Of a stretch of 64,000 nt of DNA, positions 27,000 through 41,149 are shown piece after piece. The stretch's first letter is position 1, and each line of letters opens with the position of its first letter. The DNA comes from Octopus bimaculoides. Taxonomy: Eukaryota. A program made the position numbers and the translations under genes. Location of the stretch: positions 130,331,250 to 130,395,249 of the forward strand of contig NC_068982.1 in NCBI RefSeq assembly GCF_001194135.2, written 5' to 3'. The notes under the pieces were generated by a model, which saw only the letters and a program-made list of their open reading frames with translations, ran no database searches and was not told where the DNA came from.

Positions 27000-28097
27000 T
27001 ATCCGTAGATTTTCTGCTTCTCGAGTGTTTGCAAGAATTATTTGAAGAAACCTACATCATGAGATTAGCTTTCATCACTTCTTCGGTCTTCCTCTTTCGC
27101 TACTTCCTTTCACATGGATCTCCGGGCATTTCTCCAGCCATCTGTCATCATCCATTCGCATTACATTATCGTATCAAGGCAGCTGTATCTCTTTTACATT
27201 ACATCATTCCTCTAATGCCCTGTCCTTTCTTTTACCTTATTTGCTCTTCATCGCTCAGGTACATTAACATTACACATCTAAGCATGCTTCATTTCTCTCT
27301 AACCTTTTAGCTCTAGTTTGTTTTTTTTTAGCAAGAATGCATAGTAAGGAATATATGCATTCAGTGCCCATTACCATGCTGCATCGCAGACTGTACCACA
27401 GAATTGTACAATCTACCTTTTACCAACTTCTTAAAATTTTTACATCCTATTTTATTTTGAGTGTTATGCTTTCAGAAGATCCTCCTTCACTGCTCATTAG
27501 GTTGGTTGCCTCGGTAACAAAAGCTATCATTTACTTCCATAGAGCCTCCTTAGGAATTTGTTTTACTAGTACTCTGCCTGTAGCATTAACCACCAGAAAT
27601 ATTTTTATTCATCGCCAAGCTGCCTTTGATTATATAACATCTCTTGTATATCTAAAAATCACATTGGGCGCATTATATAGAATTTATACCAACTAATTTT
27701 CTGCACAATGAAGACGACCATTTCTCTGATAGTATCAGAGTCCTTTCCATTTTCTTATTAACAAAATATCTAGTTTGTTAAGTTTACTCCGGGGCCTCTT
27801 GATCATAGATTTTGCTTTCATATCTAGAATTTCTTCTCCAAATTCTCTACCGTACCTGCTTTAAGGACCATGTTTTCTGAATATGGAGCAACTGTCTGGG
27901 AGAACTGCAATAAATAGGAGGGGTTGCGAACCGCGCTTTGATGAGCACTTATATACTCCTTAAATTCCTAACTGAACTCATTGTCAACCAGCATTTTCTT
28001 ATTGCATCACTTTGAATGGCTTCATTACTCTCAGAAAACATTCATCTATTCAGTTTTCTTTGCGAACATCAGACAGTAAGATCACATTATGTGATAT

Positions 28098-28174
<77 letters not shown>

Positions 28175-28455
28175 GCGCACACACAATCGTGTCATCGTGC
28201 CACGTACAAATCAACATCTTGCGTCGCAAACCGCTACAAAAGGAAGATCGCTGTGTCTAATTCCTGGATACTAGCGTGAGACCATGGTACGAAAGTAACT
28301 TTAGTTTCCCTTGCTAATTCTCCGTCTTACCTGTTCTGTTTGTCTAAATCGTGATCTTATAGTCTGTCTGGCTGTCAAAGCCTTCTCCATATCAACAAAT
28401 GCTAGTTAGAGAAGTCTGCTTCTAGCTAAGAACTATTCTTGTAGTTGTCATACTT
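27000..28455 (-). mobile_element. RTE-clade LINE remnant, interrupted
   Basis: LAFVDMEKA (RT, about 28380-28410), GRLYNSVVQSAMQHG (about 27360-27420) and the degenerate RMDDD..W..GRP C-terminal region (about 27050-27170). Unrelated sequence and (CA)n lie between. Confidence 0.65.
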
Positions 28456-28666
28456 CGAAAACAAAAAAACATCAGTAACTCTACAACGTGATATAGATCT
28501 CAACTTTTCGTAGTCAAAATTTTACCGTTGCTATTCTGAGTTTCGTACTTGACTTTTGCATAGTATATAGTCTACACTACATGCAATGAATACTTTACTT
28601 TACCGCCTCTTGTTTGTAGACTTAAACATGTACGCATTATATACATACATACATACATACATACAT

Positions 28667-28711
<45 letters not shown>

Positions 28712-29176
28712 TGGTATATTCTGTTAAGAACGTAGTAGAGTACAGTATAAAGCTCGTTCACCTTCAGATTTACCTTGTGCTAGCCAGTAGTAGTATTATA
28801 CGTATTTCCATGTTTGCGTTTGGATATCTGTTGTGTGGGAACAGGTAATTGAAAAAGTTTGGAGTCAACAAGAAGGCATACGGTTGGAATTTATATTTCA
28901 ATCGCTACAATTATTTATACGCAACGTAGTTCTCCAGGCGTGCAGGTCTTTGATTATGCAACAGTTTCCCTGCATTATGAGATCTAGTTGTGTTTCCTCA
29001 AGCGATATGTATATATTGTCTCCGTAAGTTCAAATTCTCGGCTTCAAGAATATCCTCTCTGTCGTGGTTTGAATTTAGTAGCAGTCACTGAGTTTAGCAA
29101 GCTATGTTGTTGCTGAAGGACCATTGGCAAACTGCTTTGAATGTGTAGATGTTGTGGGATGGTGATTTTGCTACTG

Positions 29177-29207
<31 letters not shown>

Positions 29208-29521
29208 AAGAAGATGGAGAAAAGATGTGTTATAGTTTGCGGATTTCGAACGATGCAATTGGTGTAAACCGTATAGCTGTGCTAACCACTACACGAAAAC
29301 AACGTTAAAAATATTGGTTAGGGAAGTTTGTAGACTTCAACTAAGTAGAAATAATGGCATACTAATGACCTGTCTGTTAACAGTACATACATATATGCGT
29401 ATGTGAATAGATGCACACATTTGGATGTATGCATCGACAGTTCAACCAAAATGCCAACTCAACCACATATTTACAAACACTGAGAACTATCTTAAGTCAA
29501 AAAGTTTTATTGCTTTGTTAG

Positions 29522-29661
<140 letters not shown>

Positions 29662-32567
29662 GTGTCATTGTGCTACGTACATATAAACTTTTTCAGTCTC
29701 CAACTACAGCGAATGAAGATCGCTGAGTCTAATCCCTGGAAACTAGTGCGAGGTCGTAGTACAAAAGCAGCTTTAGGTTTCGTTCTCCCTTGATATCCTT
29801 CTCTCTCTTGCTTGTTCTGTCTGCCCCTCAGTGTTTCTCTCTCTCCCTCCCCCTCTGCGTGCGCGTTTATGTGTTTATTTGAACTCAAGAAAATTGTAAT
29901 CAATGGACTTTACTATCAAGAATTACTACATGTTTGTAATATCTCTTAGTCAGTAGTATATACATCTCAATACTCATCGTGTCAGATATATTTCCTTTTT
30001 GGGTCTGATGTACCATACTATCAACTGTTATTATAATTTCATACATTCTCCATAACTATTTTTCTCACTGTTTCTTTGGCATTGCCTGAGTCGCATTTAA
30101 TGTGTTGCTCATAATTTTACATACTCCCTCTCGAAAGTGTAGTTCTAGAAATGCAGAAAGATAGGAGAATTATTGTTAGATTGGTTTTCCCTTTAACCAT
30201 AAAGCTAAGGCAACGAGAAAAACAACATACTCAGCTACGTTGCTTGTAGTTATTTATAACTGATAATGAATTTCTTTTTGCTCACTTCATCAGCATACAC
30301 AATAGAAAACTATAGCGCAAGATGTTTTTCTCAAAAATACTTTTTCGCTCTGGAGTAACACAAGCTTCAATTGATGAAAATAATGAATACTTTTAATCGT
30401 AGATTTGTTTGCTTTACCAGCTTCACAGATATTAGATCATTTGGATGGAAGCAACAAGCTATTGATTTTCGGGGAATAATTTGGAGATAATAAGCAGCAG
30501 ATGATCTTGTTATACTATTTTGTCACACCACTCGAGGAAGGAATATTCATTATAGAATACCATACGCCTCACTGCAAAAAGAATAAACCTATGGATTTCA
30601 AACCCTGTCAGTAAACTCTTGTTAGCAATAAATTTTGATATCTTGTTAGCTTGTTTCATTGTAGAGACCACTGGAAAGCTGGTCTTTATGCACTGATTCA
30701 AAGGAAGAATATATTGAAACATTCCTAGGTTATTCATACAGGATAGACAAGTTTGGTACATTAAGCTTCGGTGTTGCGCTTTGTAAGCGATGCTTTCCCC
30801 GCCCCCATAAGCTTGTTCGTGATTTTTCCTCACACTTCAAATATTTTTCAAAAGACAGCTTACAGAATGCAATTCAAATTTTGAGAGACTGCTTTCCTTT
30901 TATGAAAGCACTACTTTGCACTTTGAAGGCATAAGTCTCATCCTCCAGCCCTCTGCCAAAGCTTCCAAATCTTTCACCCTTACATGGTCTCTGTTTATTT
31001 AGAAAGGTATTGCTACCTTGCCGCACTCGATCTTACTGGTGGAAATAGAACTGAGTCAACGGCGTCAAAAGCAAGTCAAATATTGAGCTTTAGACATAGA
31101 TAGGAGACAAATCAGAACGAGTATCTCTGAAGGATCTTGCTATGAGGTGAATTTCTTGGCTCATGTCTAGAAAATTATTTCATGTCTGGGAAAGTATAAG
31201 GGTTTTATCATGTAAGCGCTGGTTTTTCACTAGGTAATTTTTCAGTTATTTATTGAATGGTAGTTCCATTACATTGCTGATGATGCTGGATAAGGATACT
31301 AAATGATAGATTAAGGAATCGTTACTGGATTACTCTTTGTGTACAGGTGTCAAAGAGGTGGTCTTTTAGTGATTTCGAAATGTGTCGTTAATAAAGAAAT
31401 GCAATAATAAAGTGGCTAGTTCCTTACAGCTTCCCTGCACTAGAATTTGATCGGTGGATGCGTCAGCTTTGAGTTTGTTTTTATCTTTTTGAGTTTTGTT
31501 TTGTTTTGAAGATCGCAGCTGATTGTATTTTAAGAGAATATTGCTAGGCTATGAGCATTTAGAACACATAACCTATTCCCAAAGGCTTATCAGAAGACAT
31601 TGGCTTTGTAGGAGTATTATGTTCGGTGCTTGTTATGTGAGAATAGCTTGTTCTTCAACTCAAGAGGGAAAGCAGAGGAAAAGAGGGGTGAGAGAGGTTC
31701 GGGAGTAAGACAGGAGAGAAAGGTTTGGGAGAAAGAGAGGTGAGAGAGGGAGTTTACGATGTTATTGTTTGTCAGATCTTATCTCAGACTGGAATTGTTG
31801 GGTTATTTTTGTCTTGCTCTCCATCTGATCCTAGAAATTATGTTAACTTTTGTTTCTCATCTAGAGTGTTACTCTGTTTTCAAACTATATCACCTATTTT
31901 GGTTTTATTGGTATAGGATGAATATGTCTAACGGCTTTGCATATATTTGCTGCAACTCAAGTACGTATGTTTTTAGGATTTTTTTCTCTTAAAAATAGTT
32001 GGCAACTCAAACTTAAGATGCCATTGCATGTTCTGAGAGTGTGCTCTTTTGTAACATAGCTGCCCACTGAGGTTAAACCATGTACCATGTCATTTATACG
32101 GCGTCTACTTCGAACTGGGGGAACTAAGCCCGTTAAGAAATGTTTTAGCCATAAACATAATACAGTATAGTTGACAAAATGTGAACTCCGATATGTTGGT
32201 TAGTTATTCGGAACCCTACTGATTCGGCTATCCACACACTCTGTTGTTATATAACCTATACTTACTTGGTAATGAAAAGTTTACATCGCTTAAAATTGTA
32301 TAGCGCGTTTAGTATTCAATACATTTCCTAATGTAAAAAGAAATGTTTATGCAAAAGTTCAAAACGAATACAAGTTGCTAGATGGCCGCATAGCGATCAC
32401 ATTATACTTTGCTTTTACAAAAAGTGAACACGTATGCAACTATACATAATATGCTTATATGCATATACATACATACATACATACATACATACAAACAAAC
32501 ATACATACATGCATGCATGCATACGTACATACATGCATACATACATACATACATACATACATACATA

Positions 32568-32724
32568 CTGGACGTCCACTCGTGACCGAGGAAGACCATT
32601 GCTGACCTTCAGGAACATTGTGCGCTCTAGGACTAACTTTTATTTTCATTTTCAGCTCCGTTGGTGGCTAATGAGCCCTGCTCTTGATAAGCATACACGA
32701 CTGCACACATTGCAGACCATCTCG
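32568..32724 (-). mobile_element. Severely 5'-truncated RTE LINE 3' end (C-terminal zinc finger, 3' UTR, (TATG)n tail)
   Basis: 32720-32652 encodes MVCNVCSRVCLSRAGLISHQRS*, the CxxC..GL.SH.R terminal finger of RTE/BovB-type ORFs. It is followed by the UTR tggtcttcctcggtcacgagtggacgtccag and (tatg)n. Confidence 0.7.
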
Positions 32725-32991
32725 CATACACACATACATACATACATACATACATACATACATACATCCTCACTCAAGACACGTACATATCTTACAAGAG
32801 GAAAATAACTGCAACACCCTCACCGAATACCTTTGCTATTTTGAAACTATCAACCAACTTTTCAGTGGAGAATGTGAGCAACAAATGAGTTGTACAACGA
32901 TTAAGTTTCGATGTTTATGAAATGTTGGAAGCTGTTCAGCTGGAGGAAAGGAAAATTAGTAGTTGACAAAATAGAAGCACATGATACTTAC

Positions 32992-33057
32992 AATAGCCTC
33001 TTCGTAGTAGGTGGCGACGTCGGGGTTCGAATAAAGTTTCAGTTCTTGTAAAGATCC
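32992..33057 (-). CDS. COL18A1/COL15A1: Multiplexin exon: 66-nt exon completing the TSPN fold (GSLQELKLYSNPDVATYYEEAI)
   Basis: Acceptor gttatttacag|GGA, donor ATT|gtaagt, phase 0/0. It supplies the terminal G-x-L-Q-E-L-K strand expected after the TSPN exon (COL18A1 has GVIAELKV). Confidence 0.88.
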
Positions 33058-35558
33058 CTGTAAATAACAAATGTAGTTGTGTTATTTTGATAGCAATATA
33101 ACAATACTACGACACAAGCAGCGAAAATTATTTCACTCAACGAATAAATTATCACATTGAAACGACGTGCATGAGGTAAAAAGTCGTTGCAGTGCGCGCG
33201 CGCACACACACACAAAACAATAACAAGAAAGACACTGCAAGGCCCAAAAGTTCAGAATTGTAGTTATTCTTGTATTTCAAGTCAACCCTAAGCTCCTAGA
33301 AAATATGAGTCCATTGCCCGCAGCAGATACGTTAAATCGATTTCAGTTTGATAATAATTCGATATTAAACATATATTCGATTGCACATGACGTCAGTCTG
33401 CAAGCCACAAGTGAGTTCAATCGAACACGAATATGAAATATGGTTACGCATAGCTGGCGAATTTAAATGCATTGTCACCATGACCAATTTATGAATTTGA
33501 GTATCTTTGTACCTGTCTAGTAATCTTTGTTTTTCATACCATAGTGTTGAACGGGATCCAAAATCTTTGTGTAAAGTATTAATTACTTAACATGCGTTCA
33601 ACTACAATAACCTGAAATTTGAGCTAACTCAAGTAGTCTGGCGCCGAAATGACAGCAGTCGTAATAAATAAACATATTCTTTGTATCGTAATTATTAAAT
33701 CACTGATTTTTTCTATATTCTTATTACTCCTCGGCCCTCAACTTCAACCCCGAGGAGTACCACTACTCTCTGTCAATGTCAAAAAGATCTATTTGAAAGG
33801 TTATTGGCAGCTAGCATTTCACAAAATAAGACCTAATTGATACGTACTTATAAGCAGATGAATAAAGGAAACTTGTTACAATCAATTGTGCATAAGCCTC
33901 TATTGCAGTGCAAGAGACTTTCCAATGAAGTGAAGACATTGGTAATTGTGAAACAACATATCCTCATCATGAGTCTATATAAATTGCTAAATGTCAACAA
34001 TTTGAGTGATCATCGCAGAATTCTACGCCTACATGTAATCAGATGGGTTCACATTAGTTAGGTAGGGATCAACTTTTGAAAACATCTGGTCACAGTTAAA
34101 CTTACTGGCTGCATATAGAATTCGAAATAAAGTGCAACCATTTCAAATGTTCTATTCCAGAAAAAAAGCCAAAAAATTGTGGTCCTGGCACAAAACTCTT
34201 GTCAAAGCCTACATAGATAGCTCCTATTAATGAGGAAAGATTATCTCCGAATAGTTGATTCTTAAGCGAAATACATTTTGCTCACCAGATAACTCTTCCG
34301 CTGAAGTTACTATCCCGAAGCTCTCAGTTTTAGTCAGTTGTTTCGAAGCTCACGAGATGACGGCCTCATACATAGAATTGCTGTCATAGTTGCAATATTT
34401 CAGTTTCTACTAATCCCATGTCCCGAAACAGACTTGCCAATGGAGTGGAGACATTGGTAACTATTTCCATCAAATATGCCAGCTAAACGACATATAGATA
34501 CTTTTAAGCGCGATTTGTATAATACTCCAGCGAAATGATTTTGTTACGAGCTATTTTAGCCTCTGGAGCTCTGTATTCCGAGTTCTTATATTGTCAAACA
34601 AGAAATCACAACAGGCGAAAGTCGTAAACGTTTTCGAACACTTCACTTTCAAATTACAATTCATTGCAAAAGTAAAACGCCAAACATGGTACAACCCAAA
34701 ACATAGCGTATGCCCACGGTATATCAAAATAAGAGACACTGCACTCTTGAGAATGTATCTGGGTAAAAATTTAGGGATCAGAACTTGACGGAACGGAACC
34801 ATCATTTAAGAAGTGAGTATATGTAATTTGGACACAACATGAGAAACAGATTCGACCAAAGAAAGGAGACAAATACAAAGAAATTCAATTACCAATGACG
34901 TAATGATGTATTTGGATCTGTTGCTGTCTTATTCTGGACAAGTATTAACAAAGGTCACCATTCCGCACCAGACAGTCTATCTTCAATATGCATAGATACA
35001 CCGATCATTGTGTGCTTTATGCCAAACAATTACAGGTTAATCGACAGTTACAAATCGTACACTTGAAGTTTCTTTAAAGTATGCCAGCTGATAAGTAAAC
35101 TACAAATCTATCTACTGATAAAAGAATTTTTCTCACTCTTTCGGAACGGCTGATAGTTCTTCAAGCAATCCGTTTGTAATTCTCCAGGAAGCTTCCAGTA
35201 CTAAAGACCAATCGTATAGATCGGTAGTAGTTTTTGATATAGATAAATTTGCTGAGTGCACAAGTTGATTACTCGGATCTCTGAAATTTCAGAAAACTTA
35301 CGACACTGACTTAATCAAGTACGCAAGTTGATATCTAGAATGCATCAAGAAATTACTACTTTGTAATAAAAAATGAGTTGTAGGAAGTATCTGGCATTCC
35401 AAATTTTCTTCAGATATAAAATCTCTGTAACCACATTATCAAATGCCACTTTCTAAAAAGATATGGTGTAATGGGAGATACATACAGTTGATGTTTCTAG
35501 CATCCTCTCAACCACTTAGGGACAACTTCCTTGACGGATATGGATTATGTTCATGTCA

Positions 35559-35670
<112 letters not shown>

Positions 35671-36199
35671 AGTACATTTGTCTGTCTTTGCTTGTGTTAG
35701 TTGAGCTATTAAGCGATATACGATAACTTTGACTAACTGCAATAGAACGAAGCAGAGAAAAGGAAGGGAGCAACTAAAGCTATGGGAAAAAAATGCAGGA
35801 AATGGAATAAAATCAAAGCATAAGAAAAATAATTAAAAACAAGGAGCAATATGTTAAGAAAGGAAGTGCGAAATCTGTTATGTCTGACAACTAGTCTACT
35901 GTGGTCGCTTTCAGGAAGCTCAATGATCGACTGCAGACCCAAAGTAACATAAAACTGTCAACAAAATGCCAAGTGTACCGAGCAATAGGTATATTCTATC
36001 TGTTAGATTCTGCCGGGACCTAGAAATGAAATTGTTAACACATCAAAAAGCTGATGGGGTACCGATTACATCTTTTACAAAATGTAATAAACATTTAAAG
36101 GCAAGATGTCCACAACAAAAGTGTGGATGTGATCTAGCAACATCTTCATAAGACAGATAATCTGATTGCGATGCATAAGAGAAGACAAAACAAACTACG

Positions 36200-36340
36200 A
36201 ACGAATACGACGGTAATTTTCCGCCTGTTCAGTAGGCACTCCGGTTCCACCAATGTACACATATTTTTGAGCACCCGTCTTCACTTCACATTTGTAAATC
36301 ACGTTCTTTTGGTAAAAATTGATAAACATCTGTCAGTTAT
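36200..36340 (-). mobile_element. Penelope-like GIY-YIG remnant
   Basis: KNVIYKCEVKTGAQKYVYIGG on the minus strand. Confidence 0.5.
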
Positions 36341-36965
36341 ACATTCGTTACTTCCAACTTTAATGCCAGATCGCTTGATGAAATGAACGCATGAAGTATG
36401 ATCCACCCGTTGTCCGTGGATAATTCGGATTGTAGTGTAATCATTTCAGGAATATGGACTATGATTGTAAGAAACATGTAATTTGTGGAAACGCGCGTAG
36501 CGATGCATTAAAATATTTATTAATTGCATCCATAGATTATTATTATTATTCCTATATTTACCCTACATTATATCGGCACAGCTCGGTACAAATCCATAAA
36601 ACGGAAATCGCAAGTTGGTATCATTAGGCTGTAGCCGACATAATAAAATAGGAGCTTTTATATGCATATTCAAAAACGTTTCCTGTAAACGAACTTAAAG
36701 GATATACATATACATACATACATACATATATATGTATATATATATATAAATACATATGTATATGTATATATATATATATATATATNNNNNNNNNNNNNNN
36801 NNNNNNNNNNNNNNNNNNNNNNNNNNNNNNNNNNNNNNNNNNNNNNNNNNNNNNNNNNNNNNNNNNNNNNNNNNNNNNNNNNNNNNNNNNNNNNNNNNNN
36901 NNNNNNNNNNNNNNNNNNNNNNNNNNNNNNNNNNNNNNNNNNNNNNNNNNNNNNNNNNNNNNNNN

Positions 36966-37023
<58 letters not shown>

Positions 37024-38326
37024 GTGTATATATATGTATGTATATATAAGACTTATTTCATGCATATATGTGCACAAATATAAATTCATACACACGATAC
37101 ACACACTAATAGGGAGGGAATACTACTTTAGGTTATAAGTTAGCAGCTTTGAAAGAAGTTTATCCGTGTGTGACATAGTAATCAAAGACGAGTTGCTTTG
37201 CAACTTAAGTCGTTTGCCAACTGATGCGAAACGAAAATCCTACATTATACCACGTGAATGGTTTTTGGGTACCTACTAGCACAGGTCAGATTGCTTATGA
37301 AAAAAGAATACATGTACATATCACAAAGTGACACAAAATACTTTCAAAGAAATTTCTGAAATAGCATTCATAGAAACATATAAAAGTTAATAGATCCATT
37401 TTTCTCCTTTATTTCATCGGTGTTTCATATGATCAGTTATGGAAAATTCTCATGTAATATTCTTTATCGGTATATGATGAGATATGCTGATTTCTTCAGC
37501 AGTATTTTTATGAATTTATTTTAATCGTGGCGGAGCTTAAATATCTTAAGTTTTGCTCATAGACGTAATCTTAGTTTCAAATATTATCATCAATCAAGTG
37601 TAAAGCTAATAAAACAGGTGTGCAGAGACTCATAGAAATGTTTCATTTAGAAGAGCTTCTCAGGTTTACAATTTCCTAGACACTCCTTTCTAAATGACTG
37701 ATTCACTTTATTTCCCAGTGAGGAAATGTATATATAGGGCATATTACCGACAATACGAAAGGAAATATTTGTATCCACGGGTTTTAATAATTCATACATA
37801 TAATCAATTCATACAAATACTTGCGCGTGCACACACATACATACTCACCTCAGACATATGTCCAATAACTTTTCATAAACTAGTCAGTCAAAAGAAAGAA
37901 AAAAAAGCAAAATAGCTATAAAATGGAGTTTGATTCTATTCTTTATTTATGAATTGTAGGATCACTCTGTCAAGACAAGACCCAACTATACAAGGGCACC
38001 TAGCTAAATTTAATTTATCGAATTGTCTCTTAACAACTTAGATGCCTAGAATCACAAATACAATTCAGGCTAATTATATGCATATTATAGTGTAACGATA
38101 TTTCTGTATTCATCATTTCACGCCGCTTCCGCCTACAGTAGAAAGCACACTGACATGAATTATTTGCTTCCGCAGCTAAGGAACTCAATCCACCCTTACA
38201 AAAATCAATTTGATCCATAGAGGGTTCCCTGACAGGTACTGCCTTTCTGAGTCAGAACGGACCTTCGAGTAATGGTAATTGAGGGGTGACTCCTCGTTTT
38301 CCACAACTCCAGAACTCAATCCTCAC

Positions 38327-38404
38327 CAGAGGATGCAGTTCAATGTCTCTATTATTGACAACGATCATGCCTACGACAACAGGGAAGAACAGAAGTAACA
38401 GCAT
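38327..38404 (-). CDS. Putative alternative first coding exon with signal peptide (MLLLLFFPVVVGMIVVNNRDIELHPL)
   Basis: ATG with A at -3 (cagaATG), hydrophobic N-terminus, possible VVG cleavage site. Phase-0 donor CTG|gtgagg is in frame with the 33057 exon. Strong upstream acceptor ttgctttacag at 38604. No transcript evidence available. Confidence 0.45.
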
Positions 38405-39176
38405 TCTGCCAAAATGTGTTCTATATAAATCTATAATCTAAAAGTATCTCTGCGAACAAGAAGTAACTCTAACTCTGATTGATAACAAAGTAAAATAGTG
38501 GTCCGAAGTTCAAACTTTGGCATTCCAACTTTAACTGCACCCAACAAGTATTGTAACAAATATTTCGCACTTGATTTGAATGTCACATAGTTTGGCCCTT
38601 TGCCTGTAAAGCAAGTGAAACGGAAGTGAATTTCAGTAAGATTCAAAAGATCAACGATCATGGTTGTTCTCTATTACCAAAATGATTAAATATGTGTGCA
38701 GATGCCACAATTTTGTATCGTAATCTAAACGATTAAAGAATAAAGAGTTAATTGTAAATATTTCAACCATCATTTTAAAACTCTATTTCAACGGAAATAG
38801 CGATCGCGGAAGCATTTACTGATCGTTTGCTTCGCTGTAGCAGTAAATTTTCTCTATAATTTTATCTTCGAAATAGACACGTCAAAACGGACTTGTCTGT
38901 TTTGAGCATGATACTCTTAGTATGCATAACTATGGCGCTCAGACTTATTTCTGATTGCTGATTACCTACTTCAAAAGGAGTTGACCTGAGCTGTTCAATA
39001 ATATGAATGAAAACTATACTAATAGTTACACGAACCGGCTCTATCTGAAACAGAAAGAGAGAGTAAGAGGCCAAAATCACCTCTCAAGTCAAATTTAGCG
39101 TGTGACATCTATTCATTAAAATAACTGTTTGAACAATTTAGTATATAACTATGTAGAAGTCTAATTCTAATAATGA

Positions 39177-39220
<44 letters not shown>

Positions 39221-40735
39221 AGAGCTCGGATGACATAACTTTCAAGAGAATAAAATCCCAGTGAAACATTGAGTACATTTCATTGAAAACATGAGCTTTC
39301 GATTTGTATATATTTACTTAACATTTGCATTTTACAACTTTGAATGGAATGAGAGTGTCCTGTAATCTTTTCGAGTCAATGAACCACGACGAACGACTTC
39401 TTAAGTTTCTGTCTATGAAAACCAGCACGACAGCTTAGCACAATGCATTGACTACATTCGAAAATTGCACGTACAATATAGGGTTCATTGAAGTTGAATT
39501 ATATAACAAGTTTCGAACCTGTTTTGTCACAAACTCCGTTCGCCGAGAGGTTACTACCAATTTATTGCAATGGCATTTTACAAATTCAGTTACAGCAATA
39601 AAATAAATGCAATAAACTGAGTGAAAATAATTTTTCCCTTAGTTACGTGCCTACAAATATGTGATGTTCTGGTTTTTCTCACGGCTGTAAGCGAAATAAC
39701 AAAAACAAACTGTGCTCATCCGGGAATTGAAATCGGGTCAATTATTGGATTCAGTTATGCGAATAATAGCGATTTCTTTAGTCTAGGAATTGCGATGCAC
39801 TTGCGCTGTTAAATCCACACTATTAATTCGAAGAAAGTAACAGTATAGGTAAAGTGAGATGACTGCAATGGGACATCGAAAGCGGGCTGCATATTCGCAT
39901 TAATCTCATATATATATATATATATATATATATTTGTGTCAATGTGTATAGAATAATATATCAGTTGAATAAAGCGAAAACATGGTCTGGTTTTCACGTT
40001 TTTTATTATTTTATTTAAAAAAGAAATTATACAATGTCCACAGACAACAAATCCAGAACACTAATGTTTACCAAATTCCATTGAGGGAACATATAAAAAC
40101 ATGTGGTCAGAAAATGTTTCTAATTTTTCCTTTCCAAAAACTACATGACACAAGTGAGGTTGGAAGAAAGATAAAAGAGAAACGTTTTATTAAAATGTTC
40201 GAACCTGTTCTGAACGGAAATAACAACAATGATATAACAACCAGTTAATAATGTGGATTAAAAAATATCTTCAACATATGAATATAAACAAATTACAGAA
40301 GACTCCTACCAATCGAAATAAAGCTATCGAAACCAACTAAGTTTACACACTCATAAAACCATTATATGTAAACTGCAAGCTAATTGGTTGAAATAAAGGC
40401 GGAATCTATGCCAGTAATATCGGTACGCCCGGCAAACCGTGACGTTTAAGCTGCATGTGGATTGGTCAAAACCGTATTTCCAGAATTTAGCTTGTTAGAG
40501 ACTCCTGAGAGGTATAAAAAGGAAGTACTCAGTCATTTTACTACAGTTTTCAAGAATTCAACTGTCAGTTAAATGCATTTTGAAATCCGATGATTACTAC
40601 GAACGTATGAAAGCGCTAAATGAACTTTATGAATATTACAAAATATTTTTTTAATGTTCAACACACTTCACCATTGTAAAAAATCTTTTTTAAATACAAT
40701 GATAAAAACCACATTTTAACTTCATTCAACTGATA

Positions 40736-40790
<55 letters not shown>

Positions 40791-40927
40791 GTGTGTGTGT
40801 GTGTGTGTGTGTATTTTATAGTTTTATGTACACATATTCATGTATAGAAAAGTTATTAATTGAAAGTAAAAGCAGCATCCATAAAAAATTTAAATGATGG
40901 CTAGTATATTTTATATCTACACACACA

Positions 40928-40972
<45 letters not shown>

Positions 40973-41149
40973 ATATAGACACACAGACATATACTCATAA
41001 TGGTATGTTTATGCAAATTCTAACAAACACTAATCGTGACTGGAAATAAACGCAAGACTAACTTTCAGAAAGGAAAGGCGCAGTCGAATGAATCAAATAA
41101 ATATCTCAGTAGTAGTTCATTTTATCCTCAGTTTTAAGATATGTGTGCA

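Noticed and set aside
28326-28340. Perfect donor CAG|gtaag on the minus strand
   Set aside because: The upstream sequence is RTE reverse-transcriptase remnant with stops, with no acceptor or open exon.
30500-31460. 107-aa ORF and neighbouring peptides faintly resembling L1 RT and C-terminal regions
   Set aside because: Motifs are too degraded to assign by eye; needs TBLASTX or HMM against repeat libraries.
34286-34350. Minus-strand ...SAEELSG|gtgagc, tempting as another Ser-Gly exon
   Set aside because: No credible acceptor, a stop 22 codons upstream, and a phase-1 end that does not fit the chain.
40513-40534. TATAAAAA followed by Inr-like TCAGTC on the plus strand
   Set aside because: Spacing is about 18 nt rather than about 30, and no downstream plus-strand gene is seen.
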